Assembly: GCA_963845535.1 (NCBI GenBank)
Contig: CAWJSK010000022.1
Span: 1 to 64,000, forward strand
Direction of reading: 5' to 3'
From: an uncultured Spirochaetota bacterium
Lineage (GTDB): Bacteria; Spirochaetota; Spirochaetia; SZUA-6; Fen-1364
DNA length: 64,000 nucleotides
The notes under the pieces were generated by a model that was not told the origin of the DNA, ran no database searches, and worked only from the letters and a program-made list of their open reading frames with translations. Position numbers and translations under genes: made by a program. This document shows positions 50,462-60,696 of this stretch, piece after piece; positions within the stretch are counted from its first letter, which is position 1, and the number at the start of each line of letters is the position of its first letter.

Positions 50462-51198
50462 TACTCCTTGATGTACGTCTTGAAAATCGCCGCGTACTTC
50501 CCTGATGCCTTGATGGCTTTCAAACCTGCGTTGAACTTGTCCCGGACGCTCTTGTCCGTGAACGCAACCTTGTACGCGGTGGGGGCGAAAATCTTGAAAA
50601 ACGTCACCGCGGGACTCACGTCCATGTCCTTGATGTCCTGGCGGAAGTACTTGAAGATGTTGATGTCCATGACCAGGACGTCCGCCCTGTCCTTGAAGAG
50701 CATCTTGACCTGCGACTGCTGGTCAGCGATCTCGGAGTAGTTCTTGTTCGCTTTCGCCATTGCTGCGAATTCCGGGCCGAGATAATTCTTTGCCTCACCG
50801 AATGCCACAACCCGCAAGGCTTTCAGGTCGGCAACGGAATTGACCTTGAGCGCGCGTGAGGAGAGCGCTACTACGACGTTCTGGTAGCTGATGTGCGAGT
50901 CGCTGTAGTACACGCCCGTCACGCCGGAAGCCTCGTTGATGGGGAACGCGCAGTCCGCCGTCTTGTTGGCCATGCTTACCGAGACGCGCGCAAAGGGAAC
51001 GTACTCGAGCTTCAAGCCGTAGTTGGCGGCAAGGAGCGACTGGCGGACGATGTCGGCGTCAACGCCGTTGTCCGCTCCCTGCATGATGTAGGGGGGCAGG
51101 CTGAGGCCTACCACGGCCTTCAGCTCGGTCTGGGCGCTCACGGAAACCGTGAGAGCCGCCAGGAAAAGGGCACTGAGAACAGAGAGTTTCTTCAGCAT
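50461..51198 (-). CDS. Polar amino-acid-type substrate-binding protein
   Basis: Signal peptide, LPPY...[16 protein letters not shown]. Confidence 0.85.
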   Translation of the reverse strand: MLKKLSVLSALFLAALTVSVSAQTELKAVVGLSLPPYIMQGADNGVDADIVRQSLLAANYGLKLEYVPFARVSVSMANKTADCAFPINEASGVTGVYYSDSHISYQNVVVALSSRALKVNSVADLKALRVVAFGEAKNYLGPEFAAMAKANKNYSEIADQQSQVKMLFKDRADVLVMDINIFKYFRQDIKDMDVSPAVTFFKIFAPTAYKVAFTDKSVRDKFNAGLKAIKASGKYAAIFKTYIKE

Positions 51199-52976
51199 GC
51201 GACCTCCTTTGATTCTGTCGTGCGAGCGCTTGTAACAGGAGGAGCGATACGAGTCGTTCCACCCGCCGGAATTGCGAGGGTTGGCTTGCCGGCAAGCGCG
51301 CCCGGGCTGGACCCGGCGTCGTCCATCCCTTTCCCGTCTCCGACAGCGAACTGCTCGACGAGCTTCTTCAGCTGCTGCGCGAGGTTCGAGAGCTCATGCG
51401 TCCCGTCTGACATTTCGCCGGCGGCAGCGGCGGCTTCCTGCGTCAGCTCGTTCACGTTCTCCATGGCGGTTGCCACCTGCCGCGCGTTCGTGGTCTGCTC
51501 CTCCGTTGCCGCGGAAATGCTATGGGACATTTCCGTCACTGACTCTATGGCCGTCGCCACGGCCGCGATGGACTGGATCTGGGCCTGGATCCGGCTCGAA
51601 AGGGCCCCGATTGCCTGGTTGGTATTCTGCGCGCCCGCGATGATCGCGTTCATGGCCGAAAGCGCCCCTTGAGCCACCTTGACCCCGTTGACCACGTTCT
51701 GCTTGCTGTCGCTGATCAGCCTCTCGATCTCACGCGTGGATGAAGCGCTTCGTTCCGCGAGCTTGCTGACTTCCTGAGCCACGACGGCGAACCCCCGTCC
51801 GTGCTCGCCGGCCCGGGCGGCCTCGATGGACGCGTTCAAGGAGAGGAGGTTCGTCTGGTCGGCAATGTCGGAGATCACTGTGACGATGCTGACGATCTGC
51901 TCGGATTTTTCGGAGATCGACTGGATGGCCTGCACGGTGGCGTTCACGGCTTCGACGCCGGAGTGGGCCATGCGCAATGACTCCTGCGAGGAGGCCGAAA
52001 CGGTGTCCAACGTGCCGGAGACGTCCTCTGCGGAAGAGCGCATTTCGCTCATGGAGGCGGAAGAACGTTCCACCGAGGCCGCCTGACTCTGCGCATGTGA
52101 GGCAACCTGCTCCACGCTGGAGGTCAACTCCTCCACGGACGCGCTGGTTTCTTCCAGCGTCGCCGCCTGGCTCTGCGCGCTGCCCGCGAGTTGCTGGGAG
52201 CCCTCCGAGAGATGCGTGCTGGATCCGGCCAGCAGGTCAGCGGTCCCACGGATCTGTGTCACCATGCTTCGCAGCCGCGTGATCATTTCGTTGATCCCTG
52301 ATGCCAAGCTCCCGAGCTCATCACGGGAGGTGAACGGCACGGTGTCGCTGAGATCTCCCCGGGCAATACGCGCCACCGCCGCGTCCACGAGCGCGACAGG
52401 CCGGCCAACCAGGAACCGCGTGACAAGGAAGGTGGAAAGGGCCAGGACCAGGATGACGGCAAGGGTCATGACGGAGGTCCGAACGAGCTCAGCGGCAAGC
52501 TGCGCCTCGGCTGACGCATTCGAGAAGTAGACGTCGACGCTTCCGATCGTCTTGTCCTGGAACGTAATGTTCGCCTGCAGCTTCAGGAGCTTTGATGCGG
52601 CAAGGTCCTTTGCGTTCGCCTCCGAGTAGTCGACCGTCTTCGCGCTCTGGTCCTTGACCTTTCCGCGGACGCCTGAGTCAGTGGTGACCACGATTGCCCG
52701 AACGTCCGTGTCCAGCATTTCCAGGCTCACCAGCGTGTCGGCTGTCGCGGTGTCCATGTTCCATAAGGGGAGGGCAAGGCTGGCGGGAAGGCGCTGCGCC
52801 ATTTGCTTCTCCCGCGTCTGGATGGATTGATTGAGCCTCTGCGACATCTGCGCGTAGGAGAAGAACTCGTTTCCCCCCATAACAAGGAGGAGGACCGCCA
52901 TTTGGACGACGATTATTTTTGTGGAAATCGAGCTTCTTCCCTGACCGCGTGCGGTAATTCCATCTTGGCTTTTCAT
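51192..52976 (-). CDS. Methyl-accepting chemotaxis protein
   Basis: Two TM segments, [21 protein letters not shown]. Confidence 0.95.
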   Translation of the reverse strand: MKSQDGITARGQGRSSISTKIIVVQMAVLLLVMGGNEFFSYAQMSQRLNQSIQTREKQMAQRLPASLALPLWNMDTATADTLVSLEMLDTDVRAIVVTTDSGVRGKVKDQSAKTVDYSEANAKDLAASKLLKLQANITFQDKTIGSVDVYFSNASAEAQLAAELVRTSVMTLAVILVLALSTFLVTRFLVGRPVALVDAAVARIARGDLSDTVPFTSRDELGSLASGINEMITRLRSMVTQIRGTADLLAGSSTHLSEGSQQLAGSAQSQAATLEETSASVEELTSSVEQVASHAQSQAASVERSSASMSEMRSSAEDVSGTLDTVSASSQESLRMAHSGVEAVNATVQAIQSISEKSEQIVSIVTVISDIADQTNLLSLNASIEAARAGEHGRGFAVVAQEVSKLAERSASSTREIERLISDSKQNVVNGVKVAQGALSAMNAIIAGAQNTNQAIGALSSRIQAQIQSIAAVATAIESVTEMSHSISAATEEQTTNARQVATAMENVNELTQEAAAAAGEMSDGTHELSNLAQQLKKLVEQFAVGDGKGMDDAGSSPGALAGKPTLAIPAGGTTRIAPPVTSARTTESKEVAC

Positions 52977-53216
52977 ACGGGGAGATACACTTCAAGAAGC
53001 GTACCAAGTGAGATATCTGGTCGAGCCTCGATTTTTGTCGATAACATTCAGCTAATAACCAAAAAATCCCTAAAATTCCCATTACTTATGGTTGATGTTC
53101 CACTACGAATGGAACATCGGTGTTCCAGTTGGATCGGCGGATTGGAACAAGGAAGAAGCCGTTGCAACAACGAACACGGCTGTCGTCCCTTGATCAGTCT
53201 TTTTTGCATTTGCTGA

Positions 53217-53269
53217 TTGACTATCAAGAATATCGTGGTAAGCTGGGGAGTATGAGTGAACGCTCACTC
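53217..53269 (+). promoter_or_regulatory. Sigma70 promoter plus TetR-type operator over the start codon
   Basis: TTGACT-16-TAAGCT, then GAGTGA-acgc-TCACTC. Confidence 0.7.
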
Positions 53270-54769
53270 TCCTCCGTGGAGACGGTCTGGACACAGCCAC
53301 TGTGTGGCCAGGGAGCCAGTCGGCATGCGAATGCTGCCGACATCTACCAGAAGATCGACAAGCTCATGTCGGTCCCGCCTCTTCGAATCCGCAGGGATGC
53401 GATGGACGCCTGTCTTCGGTTTTTTAACGAGCGGTGCACGCGCTCCAAGGCCATGACGGAAGAGGCAAAGACCTTCATCCCCGGCGGCGTGCAGCATAAC
53501 CTGGCGTTCAACTATCCGTTTCCCCTGGTCATCGACCGGGCGGACGGGCCGTATCTGTACGACATCGACGGCCACAGGTACATCGACTTTCTCCAAGCTG
53601 GCGGCCCAACCATCCTGGGCAGCAACGACCCGGCGGTTCAGGAGCAGGTCATAGAGGTGCTGAAGCATGTCGGCCCTTCCACGGGTCTGTTCCACGAGTT
53701 CGAGCTGAAGCTTGCCCGAGAGATCAGCAGGCACATCCCCTCGGTGGAGATGTTCCGGATGCTCGGCTCAGGCACGGAAGCAGTGATGGCCGCAATCAGG
53801 GTGGCCAGGCTTGCAACGCGCAAGAAGAACGTCATAAAGATTGGCGGCGCCTACCACGGCTGGAGCGACCAGCTCGTGTACAGCCTCAAGATTCCGCACA
53901 CCAGAAGATTCGAGGCGCACGGGATCCCGCGGGCGGCTACCCGTCATACGCGGGAGGCGGCGCCGAATGACCTGGGCTCCCTTGAACGCGCGCTGCGCGC
54001 CGGCGGGCTTTCCGGCGGCACCGCGTGCGTCCTGGTCGAGCCCATGGGTCCGGAGAGCGGCACGCGTCCCGTGGATTTCGATTACAACGCGGGCGTGCGG
54101 CGCCTGTGCGACAAGTACGGCGCGCTGCTCGTTTTCGATGAAGTTGTGACTGCTTTCCGCGTGGGGTTGAGCGGCGCGCAGGGCTTCTTTGGCGTGAGGC
54201 CTGATCTGACCTGCTTCGGCAAGATCGTGGCAGGCGGCTACCCGTCCGCCGGCGGCCTGGGCGGCCGCCGTGACCTGATGAAGCTCGTGGCGGCCGGGAT
54301 CGAAAGCGGGAAGAAGCGCGCGTATGTTGGGGGCACCATGGCGGCCAACCCTTTGAGCGCCGCCGCGGGGTATTTCACCTTGAAGGAGATCGAAAGGACC
54401 CATGCCTGCGAGAAAGCGGCTGCGGCGGGAGATCGGCTCACCCGCGGCCTCCAGCGGCAGATAGAGGAGCTCGGGCTGCCCGCGGTGGCATACAACCAGG
54501 GCTCCATCTGCCACCTCGAGGTTGTGGGCGGCATGTTCGTCCGTCTCCAGCTCCTCCGCATCCTGTCCGTCCTCAAAGAGATCAAGGTGCGCAAGGCGCT
54601 CATGGAGGAGCTCGGCGCGGCGTACATGGCGGAAGGAGTCGTGACGCTTGCGGGAAGCAGGATGTACACGAGCGCCGCGGACACCGATGAGGTGATCGAC
54701 GACGCCCTGGCCCGCTTCGAGCGGGTGCTGGGCACCATAGAGCGGGCAGGAGACGGAAGCAATGGATGA
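53252..54769 (+). CDS. Class III PLP aminotransferase (GSA-aminomutase-like)
   Basis: FIPGGV, SGTEA, YHGW, FDEVVTAFR, DLTCFGK. Confidence 0.88.
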   Translation: MSERSLSSVETVWTQPLCGQGASRHANAADIYQKIDKLMSVPPLRIRRDAMDACLRFFNERCTRSKAMTEEAKTFIPGGVQHNLAFNYPFPLVIDRADGPYLYDIDGHRYIDFLQAGGPTILGSNDPAVQEQVIEVLKHVGPSTGLFHEFELKLAREISRHIPSVEMFRMLGSGTEAVMAAIRVARLATRKKNVIKIGGAYHGWSDQLVYSLKIPHTRRFEAHGIPRAATRHTREAAPNDLGSLERALRAGGLSGGTACVLVEPMGPESGTRPVDFDYNAGVRRLCDKYGALLVFDEVVTAFRVGLSGAQGFFGVRPDLTCFGKIVAGGYPSAGGLGGRRDLMKLVAAGIESGKKRAYVGGTMAANPLSAAAGYFTLKEIERTHACEKAAAAGDRLTRGLQRQIEELGLPAVAYNQGSICHLEVVGGMFVRLQLLRILSVLKEIKVRKALMEELGAAYMAEGVVTLAGSRMYTSAADTDEVIDDALARFERVLGTIERAGDGSNG

Positions 54770-55424
54770 GCGCGAAGCCCGGGAAGCGGTGCGCGCTGCG
54801 GGCGTGAAGCTCGTGGAGGAAGGGCTCGTGGCCGGCACGTGGGGAAACGTGTCCGTGAAGTTTTCACCCACCGAGATGGCCATCACTCCCAGCGGCTTCG
54901 ACTATCTTTCCATGCGCGCCGAGGACGTGGTGATCGTCAACCTGATAACAGGGGAGGCGAGGGGCGGAAAACCTTCCACGGAGAAGAAGCTCCACGCGGA
55001 GATCTACCGTACGCGCCCCGAGGTGAGGGCCGTGATCCACACGCACTCCATGAGCGCCTCCACGGTGGCGGCGGCCCGGCGTGAGGTGCCGCCCATCCTC
55101 GATGACCTTGCGCAGATCGTTGGGCCGACGCTTCGGGTCGCGGACTACGCCATCCCGGGGTCCGCCCGGATGGGCCGTTCGGTCTTGCGCGCGCTGCGCG
55201 GTCGGATGGCCGCCCTCATGGCAAACCATGGCGCCGTTGCGCTGGGCAGGACCCTGGACGAAGCGCTCCTGTGCGCGCGAATCGTGGAGAAAGGATGTCG
55301 GGCGTTCATCGAGGCGGAGTTCCTGGGCGGTGCAAAGGGGATCAACAAGTTCGAGGCCGCAATCATGCACCAGGTGTACCTGCGTAAATACTCTCGACAG
55401 GGCAGGAAGGCCGAGAATGACTGA
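54762..55424 (+). CDS. Class II aldolase (fuculose-1-phosphate aldolase-like)
   Basis: WGNVS, ITPSG, PSTE..LH, HTHS, ANHG. Confidence 0.9.
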   Translation: MDEREAREAVRAAGVKLVEEGLVAGTWGNVSVKFSPTEMAITPSGFDYLSMRAEDVVIVNLITGEARGGKPSTEKKLHAEIYRTRPEVRAVIHTHSMSASTVAAARREVPPILDDLAQIVGPTLRVADYAIPGSARMGRSVLRALRGRMAALMANHGAVALGRTLDEALLCARIVEKGCRAFIEAEFLGGAKGINKFEAAIMHQVYLRKYSRQGRKAEND

Positions 55425-57036
55425 CGTCGTGCACGTGATTGCCTATGACGTCGGGACCACGGGAGCCAAGGCGTGCCTGTACGCCATCGGCAAGGAAGCA
55501 AAGCTCGTTGCCGGTGCTTCAGCGGAGTATCCCCTCAGCCTTCTGCCCAATGGCGGAGTCGAGCAAGACCCGGTTGACTGGTGGAAAGCCGTGTGCGCGG
55601 ATACACGGAAGCTGCTTGCGGATTCGGGGCTCTCCCGGGACGGCATCAAGGGGATCGCCTTTTGCTGCCAGATGCAAGGGCTCGTCCTCGTTGACGGCCA
55701 GGGAACGCCGGTGCGTCCGGCAATGAGCTACATGGACCAGAGAGCCGTGAAGGAGAAGCACGCGGGCATCGAAAAAGGTATTCGCATTGCGGGCATGAAC
55801 GCTCGCAAGCTCCTCCCGTCTCTCCTCATTACGGGCGGCGTGTCAGCGAGCGTGAAGGACCCCGTCTGGAAATACCACTGGGTGCGCGAGAGTGAACCCG
55901 AGCGTTTCCGAAAGGTCCACAAGTGGCTCGACATCAAAGAGTACCTGGTGCACCGGTGCACGGGCCGGTTTGCCATGACTCCGGACTCCGCCAATGCGAC
56001 ATTCCTCTATGACACTCGTCCCGGCCGGGCCGGGTGGAGCCCGCTCATGTGCCGGCTTTTCGACGTGGACCCGCGCCACCTGCCGGAGGTCATTGGCCCC
56101 GCGGAGATTGCCGGACCACTCCGGGCGGTCCCCGCGGAAGAAATGGGACTTGCCCCGGGCACGCCGGTCTTTGGCGGGGGCGGGGACCTGTCTCTGGTTG
56201 CCCTGGGCTCGGGCGCCGTGGGGGTCAACGACACCCACGTGTACATGGGGACCTCCGGGTGGGTATCCGCGGTTACGGACCGACGAGTTGTGGACACGGA
56301 CAGCTATATCGCGTCCATCCTCGGGGCGCAGGAGGGCAGGTACAACTACATCTCGGAGCAGGAGACATCGGGGAAGTGCCTGGAGTGGGTCAGGGACCAC
56401 CTGGCCTTGGACGAAATCGGTGTGTACCTGCAGCACAGGACAGTGGCAGACGACCCGGAAGGCCAGTATGCCACGCTTTTCGAGCTCCTCGATGAGACAA
56501 TCGATGCAGTCGCCCCGGGGGCCAACGGCGTCACGTTCACTCCGTGGTTGCGCGGAAACCGCTCGCCGTTCGAGGACCCTTCCGCGCGCGGCATGTTCTT
56601 CAACATCGGTCTCGAGACGGGGAAGCGCGACATGGTCCGCGCCGTGGCGGAGGGCATTGCGCTGCACGGCAAGTGGCAGCTTGCCGCAATCCGAAAGAAG
56701 GTGCCGGCCCGGGGCCCGGTGAGGTTCGTGGGCGGAGGCGCTCGCTCCGCCGCAATGGCGCGCATCATGGCGGACGCGCTGCAGGAGACCGTGGAGCCTG
56801 TTGTCTCCCCGCAGAATGCCGGTGCCCTGGGAGCGGCGTTTCTGTGCGCCGCGGGCCTGGGGGCCCTTGGCACCCTGGAGGAAGCTCGAGGGCTCGTTCC
56901 CGTGCTCGGCAGGTTTGATCCCGATCCGCGCAGATCGAAGGTCTATGAGGAAAGGCTTCAAGTCTTTCGGGACCTCTACACGCTGAATCGGCCGAGCTTC
57001 AGAAAGCTCAACGGCCATGCCCCCCAAGCGCGGTAA
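55417..57036 (+). CDS. FGGY-family carbohydrate kinase
   Basis: YDVGTTGAK, EQDP..WW, QMQG, GGGD, GTSGW, VGGGA. Confidence 0.92.
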   Translation: MTDVVHVIAYDVGTTGAKACLYAIGKEAKLVAGASAEYPLSLLPNGGVEQDPVDWWKAVCADTRKLLADSGLSRDGIKGIAFCCQMQGLVLVDGQGTPVRPAMSYMDQRAVKEKHAGIEKGIRIAGMNARKLLPSLLITGGVSASVKDPVWKYHWVRESEPERFRKVHKWLDIKEYLVHRCTGRFAMTPDSANATFLYDTRPGRAGWSPLMCRLFDVDPRHLPEVIGPAEIAGPLRAVPAEEMGLAPGTPVFGGGGDLSLVALGSGAVGVNDTHVYMGTSGWVSAVTDRRVVDTDSYIASILGAQEGRYNYISEQETSGKCLEWVRDHLALDEIGVYLQHRTVADDPEGQYATLFELLDETIDAVAPGANGVTFTPWLRGNRSPFEDPSARGMFFNIGLETGKRDMVRAVAEGIALHGKWQLAAIRKKVPARGPVRFVGGGARSAAMARIMADALQETVEPVVSPQNAGALGAAFLCAAGLGALGTLEEARGLVPVLGRFDPDPRRSKVYEERLQVFRDLYTLNRPSFRKLNGHAPQAR

Positions 57037-57106
57037 GCCGCGCGGGGAGGTAAGCCGCGATAGGGCGCCAAGCCGCGATAGGGGGCGGTAAGCCGCGCGG
57101 GGCGGT
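57031..57106. repeat. Degenerate 17-20 bp tandem repeat, 4 copies of core AAGCCGCG
   Basis: ggtaagccgcgcgggg and aagccgcgataggg units between convergent genes. Confidence 0.75.
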
Positions 57107-57121
57107 AGTCGGCGCGGGCCG

Positions 57122-57817
57122 TCACAGCTTCCTGGACGGACGTCCAAAAGCCTGACGTATGAAGCTCATGACCCCGCTGATCACCGCCTCCTCGTCCCCC
57201 GCGGCGCGCGCGCCCAGAAAGAGGCCCAGGCGCTCCCGATAGTACGCTGAGCCAAACGAGAACTGGACGATCAGGAAAAGGTTGTCCAGGCAGAAAGCCG
57301 CAACCGGATCGGTTGAGTCGGGCGCTATCTCACCTCGCGCCCTGGCTTCCGCCACCATCCGCCGGTAGCCCTCGGCGGCTACGCTCTCGATCCGCCCGGA
57401 GAGCTTTGCCGCCAGCGGGGCCAGCTCCTCGGTGGTGCACGCGATGTACAGGTTCAAGAGGTCCGGGTCTTTCCGTGACCACTCGACTGCCGCCCGCAAG
57501 AGGGCCTCAACGCGGTCGAAGAAACCCGGCACGCTGGAGAAAATCTCATCGATGACCGAAGTGAGCGTGCCGTGCGATTCCTCGATCAGCGTCAGAAACA
57601 GATTCTCCTTGGTCTGGAAGTATTGATACAGCGAACCCACGGAGATGCCGGCTTCTTTCGCAATGACGTTGACGTTGGCGCCCGAATACCCTCGCCGGGC
57701 AAACGCCCGCTTGGCGCAGTCCAGCACGCGCCGACGCTTGTCATCTGAGATCCTTTCGAACGTCGGCGTCCATCGGGGGGCGGCGTCGGTTGGTCCGCGG
57801 GGTGAGCGGTGACTCAT
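57122..57817 (-). CDS. TetR/AcrR transcriptional regulator
   Basis: IAKEAGISVGSLYQYFQTKENL. Confidence 0.93.
   Translation of the reverse strand: MSHRSPRGPTDAAPRWTPTFERISDDKRRRVLDCAKRAFARRGYSGANVNVIAKEAGISVGSLYQYFQTKENLFLTLIEESHGTLTSVIDEIFSSVPGFFDRVEALLRAAVEWSRKDPDLLNLYIACTTEELAPLAAKLSGRIESVAAEGYRRMVAEARARGEIAPDSTDPVAAFCLDNLFLIVQFSFGSAYYRERLGLFLGARAAGDEEAVISGVMSFIRQAFGRPSRKL
57801..57817 (-). promoter_or_regulatory. Second copy of the operator, over the TetR start codon
   Basis: ATGAGTCACCGCTCACC vs ATGAGTGAACGCTCACT at 53252. Confidence 0.65.
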
Positions 57818-58020
57818 TGCGTGGGACTATACCGTATTTGCCGCCGGTTGCATACACGGGACTGTATCTCGCGGCAACGGCTGTTCACTCTTAGCCACAG
57901 GAGCGAAGAGTAGTCTCGCCTGGTAATGCTTCCTGAACCACTACCCTTTCGGACAGCTTGAATCCAGTCATAGACGATGGATAGTCTTGTGATGCTGAAC
58001 AAAGCGGTCTTCAAGAGAAA

Positions 58021-59433
58021 ATGAGGAAAAGAATGAGAGCCAGAAAAATGTTGGTTTGCGTAGTTTGCTTATCGATTTTGGTTGGTTGTACGGCACGTCA
58101 AGCCCGAACGGCCGAAGTACCCAATTTCAAACTCTTCTTTATTGTCGATAGACAGTACGACAAAGACGCGACCATCGGGATGTTTCGCAATGACGATCCC
58201 GCCGGGCTTGAGAACCGAGCTAGAAGCGCGGGAATTGATCCTGCTGTAGCTCGAAAGATTCGTGATGCCTCCAACCCGATTGTTGGTTTGGAGTTGGTTA
58301 ACAAACTCGTCGACGACCGTTTCCAAAAAGAAGGTGAAGCCCTTGAAGCATCCAAAGATGACCTATGGCTTCAATGGAAGGATCTCCTTCCAGTTTTCTC
58401 AAATGTGGTTGTTGAAACCACTGAATCGCCGTGGGTTCATCCTGATTACATTTGCGTTGTCTCCTCGATGTTCCCTGGCACAAGCGACTGGTTGGGGAAC
58501 AAGGTCGCCGTCGGGTTCAATCTTAGCGCGGAACGCAAACGAAGGACGCTCGCAAACGAGATATTGCTTTCCGATGTTTTCCAGCTCCTGCGAAAGCGAC
58601 ATCCACGTTCTGAAATCAGCGATTGGCAGGTATGGGCATTTTCTGAGATTACGCCTAGCTTCATTCTTGATGACCAGAGGTTGAAACCGTATTGGCCGAA
58701 CCTCCCTCACGGTTGGGGTTCGAACTACCCCCAACTTCCGAGACTGGAGAAGTCACTCAAAGAGCTGTTTGATCACAGAACCAGCTATGTTGATTACGAG
58801 GACAAGGCAGCCAAGGTCTTGAAGAGTTTTCAACCTTTTGTTTCAAGCTGGCTTGGAGTATTTCTCGGAGAACCCCAAGGGAATGACTCTTACCAGGAGT
58901 TGGCCAAGGAAATGAACCTCACGCCTGCAGGGGCTTTCGTTCTGGGCTTGTGCAAGGGCTCTCCGGCGGACAAAGCCGGCCTCATGCCTGGCGACTTCGT
59001 TACTGCCGTTGAATCTGCGCCGATCAGGGATGCTGCTCAGCTCACTCAGATCATTCGTTCTGCTGCCCCCGGCACCAGGACGAGCATAACCTTGCTTCGC
59101 CTGGGCAAACCGATAACGCTATCGGTGACCATTGGAGAGCTGGACGCCCGAGACACGGTGGGCCAGTACTTTTGGCCGGGTTTCACCGTGAGGAAAGTCT
59201 GGGAGAAAGCGGGGGCCTCCGGAAATGTGGAGGGCGTGACAGTGGCCACGATCACAGGGGAGAAGTCTCCCGCCGCGGTCGCGGGTTTGAAGACGGGAGA
59301 CCTGATCACGGTAGTGAATGGCATCAAAGTGAAAACCGTGGTCGAGTTTTATAGGGCTCTCAATACGAGCGGTGGCAGGAGGGCGAGCTTTATGATTGCG
59401 CGCAACGACAAAGAGATCAACCTGGAGCTGTAA
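58021..59433 (+). CDS. Lipoprotein with an unknown N-terminal domain and two PDZ domains
   Basis: LVGC lipobox, WLGV...GSPADKAGLMPGD, SPAAVAGLKTGD. Confidence 0.8.
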   Translation: MRKRMRARKMLVCVVCLSILVGCTARQARTAEVPNFKLFFIVDRQYDKDATIGMFRNDDPAGLENRARSAGIDPAVARKIRDASNPIVGLELVNKLVDDRFQKEGEALEASKDDLWLQWKDLLPVFSNVVVETTESPWVHPDYICVVSSMFPGTSDWLGNKVAVGFNLSAERKRRTLANEILLSDVFQLLRKRHPRSEISDWQVWAFSEITPSFILDDQRLKPYWPNLPHGWGSNYPQLPRLEKSLKELFDHRTSYVDYEDKAAKVLKSFQPFVSSWLGVFLGEPQGNDSYQELAKEMNLTPAGAFVLGLCKGSPADKAGLMPGDFVTAVESAPIRDAAQLTQIIRSAAPGTRTSITLLRLGKPITLSVTIGELDARDTVGQYFWPGFTVRKVWEKAGASGNVEGVTVATITGEKSPAAVAGLKTGDLITVVNGIKVKTVVEFYRALNTSGGRRASFMIARNDKEINLEL

Positions 59434-59672
59434 GATGACGTTGCTCGAGCGGAGTATTGTCATAGTATTCTGGGCCGATTATTGTTGAGAAGGTCCATGA
59501 TGGCAAATGCGGGATGCGAGCATGCTGTGCCGGATTTTCGGGAAGCGCTTATCGAGCGACTTCAAACTACGGAAACGGCAAGGCCTCGGTGGTGGAGACG
59601 TACGCGGCGGGAAAGGTTTTCGGGCATTTCCAACGTTCCCAGCAAGGCCACGAAACAGGAGGCTCGGCGGGG

Positions 59673-60668
59673 TTGAGAGCAGCAGTCTTGGACCGTGCCG
59701 GCATACCCCTTTCCGTTCGGGAAATTGAAACGCCCGTTGCGGGACCAGGCCGTATCCTGGTCAGGGTGGGCGCGTGCGGCGTGTGCCGCACTGACCTTCA
59801 CATTGCGGACGGAGAGCTGACCGAACCGAAGCTTCCCCTGGTCCCCGGCCATCAGATCGTCGGGACTGTCGTAGAGATGGGAAAAGGCGTAGACGGTATG
59901 TCAGTGGGCCAGAGGGTGGGCGTCCCCTGGCTCGGTTCCACGTGCGGGAAGTGCGAGTATTGCGCCAGCGGCAGAGAGAACCTGTGCCTGAGCGCGCGGT
60001 TCACCGGCTACGACGTGGACGGCGGTTTCGCGGAGTACGCCGTGGCGGATGCCCGGTTCGCGTTTCCTTTGCCGGAGGGTTATCCGGATCTCCAGGTGGC
60101 GCCTTTGCTGTGCGGCGGTCTCATTGGCTACCGGGCGCTGCGGATGGCGGGGGAGGCGAAGCGGATCGGTTTCTATGGCTTCGGGTCGGCAGCTCACATC
60201 CTTGCGCAGGTCTGCAAACATCAGGGCAGGGAAGTGTACGCATTCACGCGGCCTGGTGACGCCGGCGCCAAAGCGCTGGCAATCCGCGTGGGCGCCATCT
60301 GGGCCGGGGACTCCGGCCAGCAGCCCCCCGCGCCGCTGGATGCGGCCGTTATCTTCGCGCCGGACGGGAAGCTGGTTCCGCTCGCCCTTCAAGCCGTTGA
60401 TCGCGGCGGCTCCGTGATCTGCGCCGGCATCCACATGAGCGACATTCCCTCTTTCCCGTATGGCATCCTCTGGGAGGAACGGACAGTGCGGTCCGTTGCC
60501 AACCTTACACGCGCCGACGCTCGCGAGTTCCTTGCCCTGGCCCCGCGCGTTTCCGTCCGCACCGAGGTCCGCGTGTTCCCCCTGAGCGCCGTGAACGAGG
60601 CGCTCTCCACTCTTCGCGCCGGCGATATTGTCGGCTCCGCCGTGATAGACCTTGGCCTGCCGTCATAG
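59673..60668 (+). CDS. Zinc-dependent alcohol dehydrogenase family protein
   Basis: CGVCRTDLH, PGHQIVG, CGKCEYC...C, GFYGFG. Confidence 0.92.
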   Translation: MRAAVLDRAGIPLSVREIETPVAGPGRILVRVGACGVCRTDLHIADGELTEPKLPLVPGHQIVGTVVEMGKGVDGMSVGQRVGVPWLGSTCGKCEYCASGRENLCLSARFTGYDVDGGFAEYAVADARFAFPLPEGYPDLQVAPLLCGGLIGYRALRMAGEAKRIGFYGFGSAAHILAQVCKHQGREVYAFTRPGDAGAKALAIRVGAIWAGDSGQQPPAPLDAAVIFAPDGKLVPLALQAVDRGGSVICAGIHMSDIPSFPYGILWEERTVRSVANLTRADAREFLALAPRVSVRTEVRVFPLSAVNEALSTLRAGDIVGSAVIDLGLPS

Positions 60669-60696
60669 TGTTCGTATCTTGTTGGCAGGAGGAACA

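Noticed and set aside
53252..54769. hemL assignment
   Set aside because: The fold is GSA-like, but the catabolic kinase/aldolase context and lack of tetrapyrrole genes argue against it.
15915..57147. Long antisense or alternate-frame ORFs (e.g. 15915-17240, 21442-22848, 30825-32618, 38730-40091, 55843-57147)
   Set aside because: Shadow ORFs of high-GC genes with no recognisable motifs.
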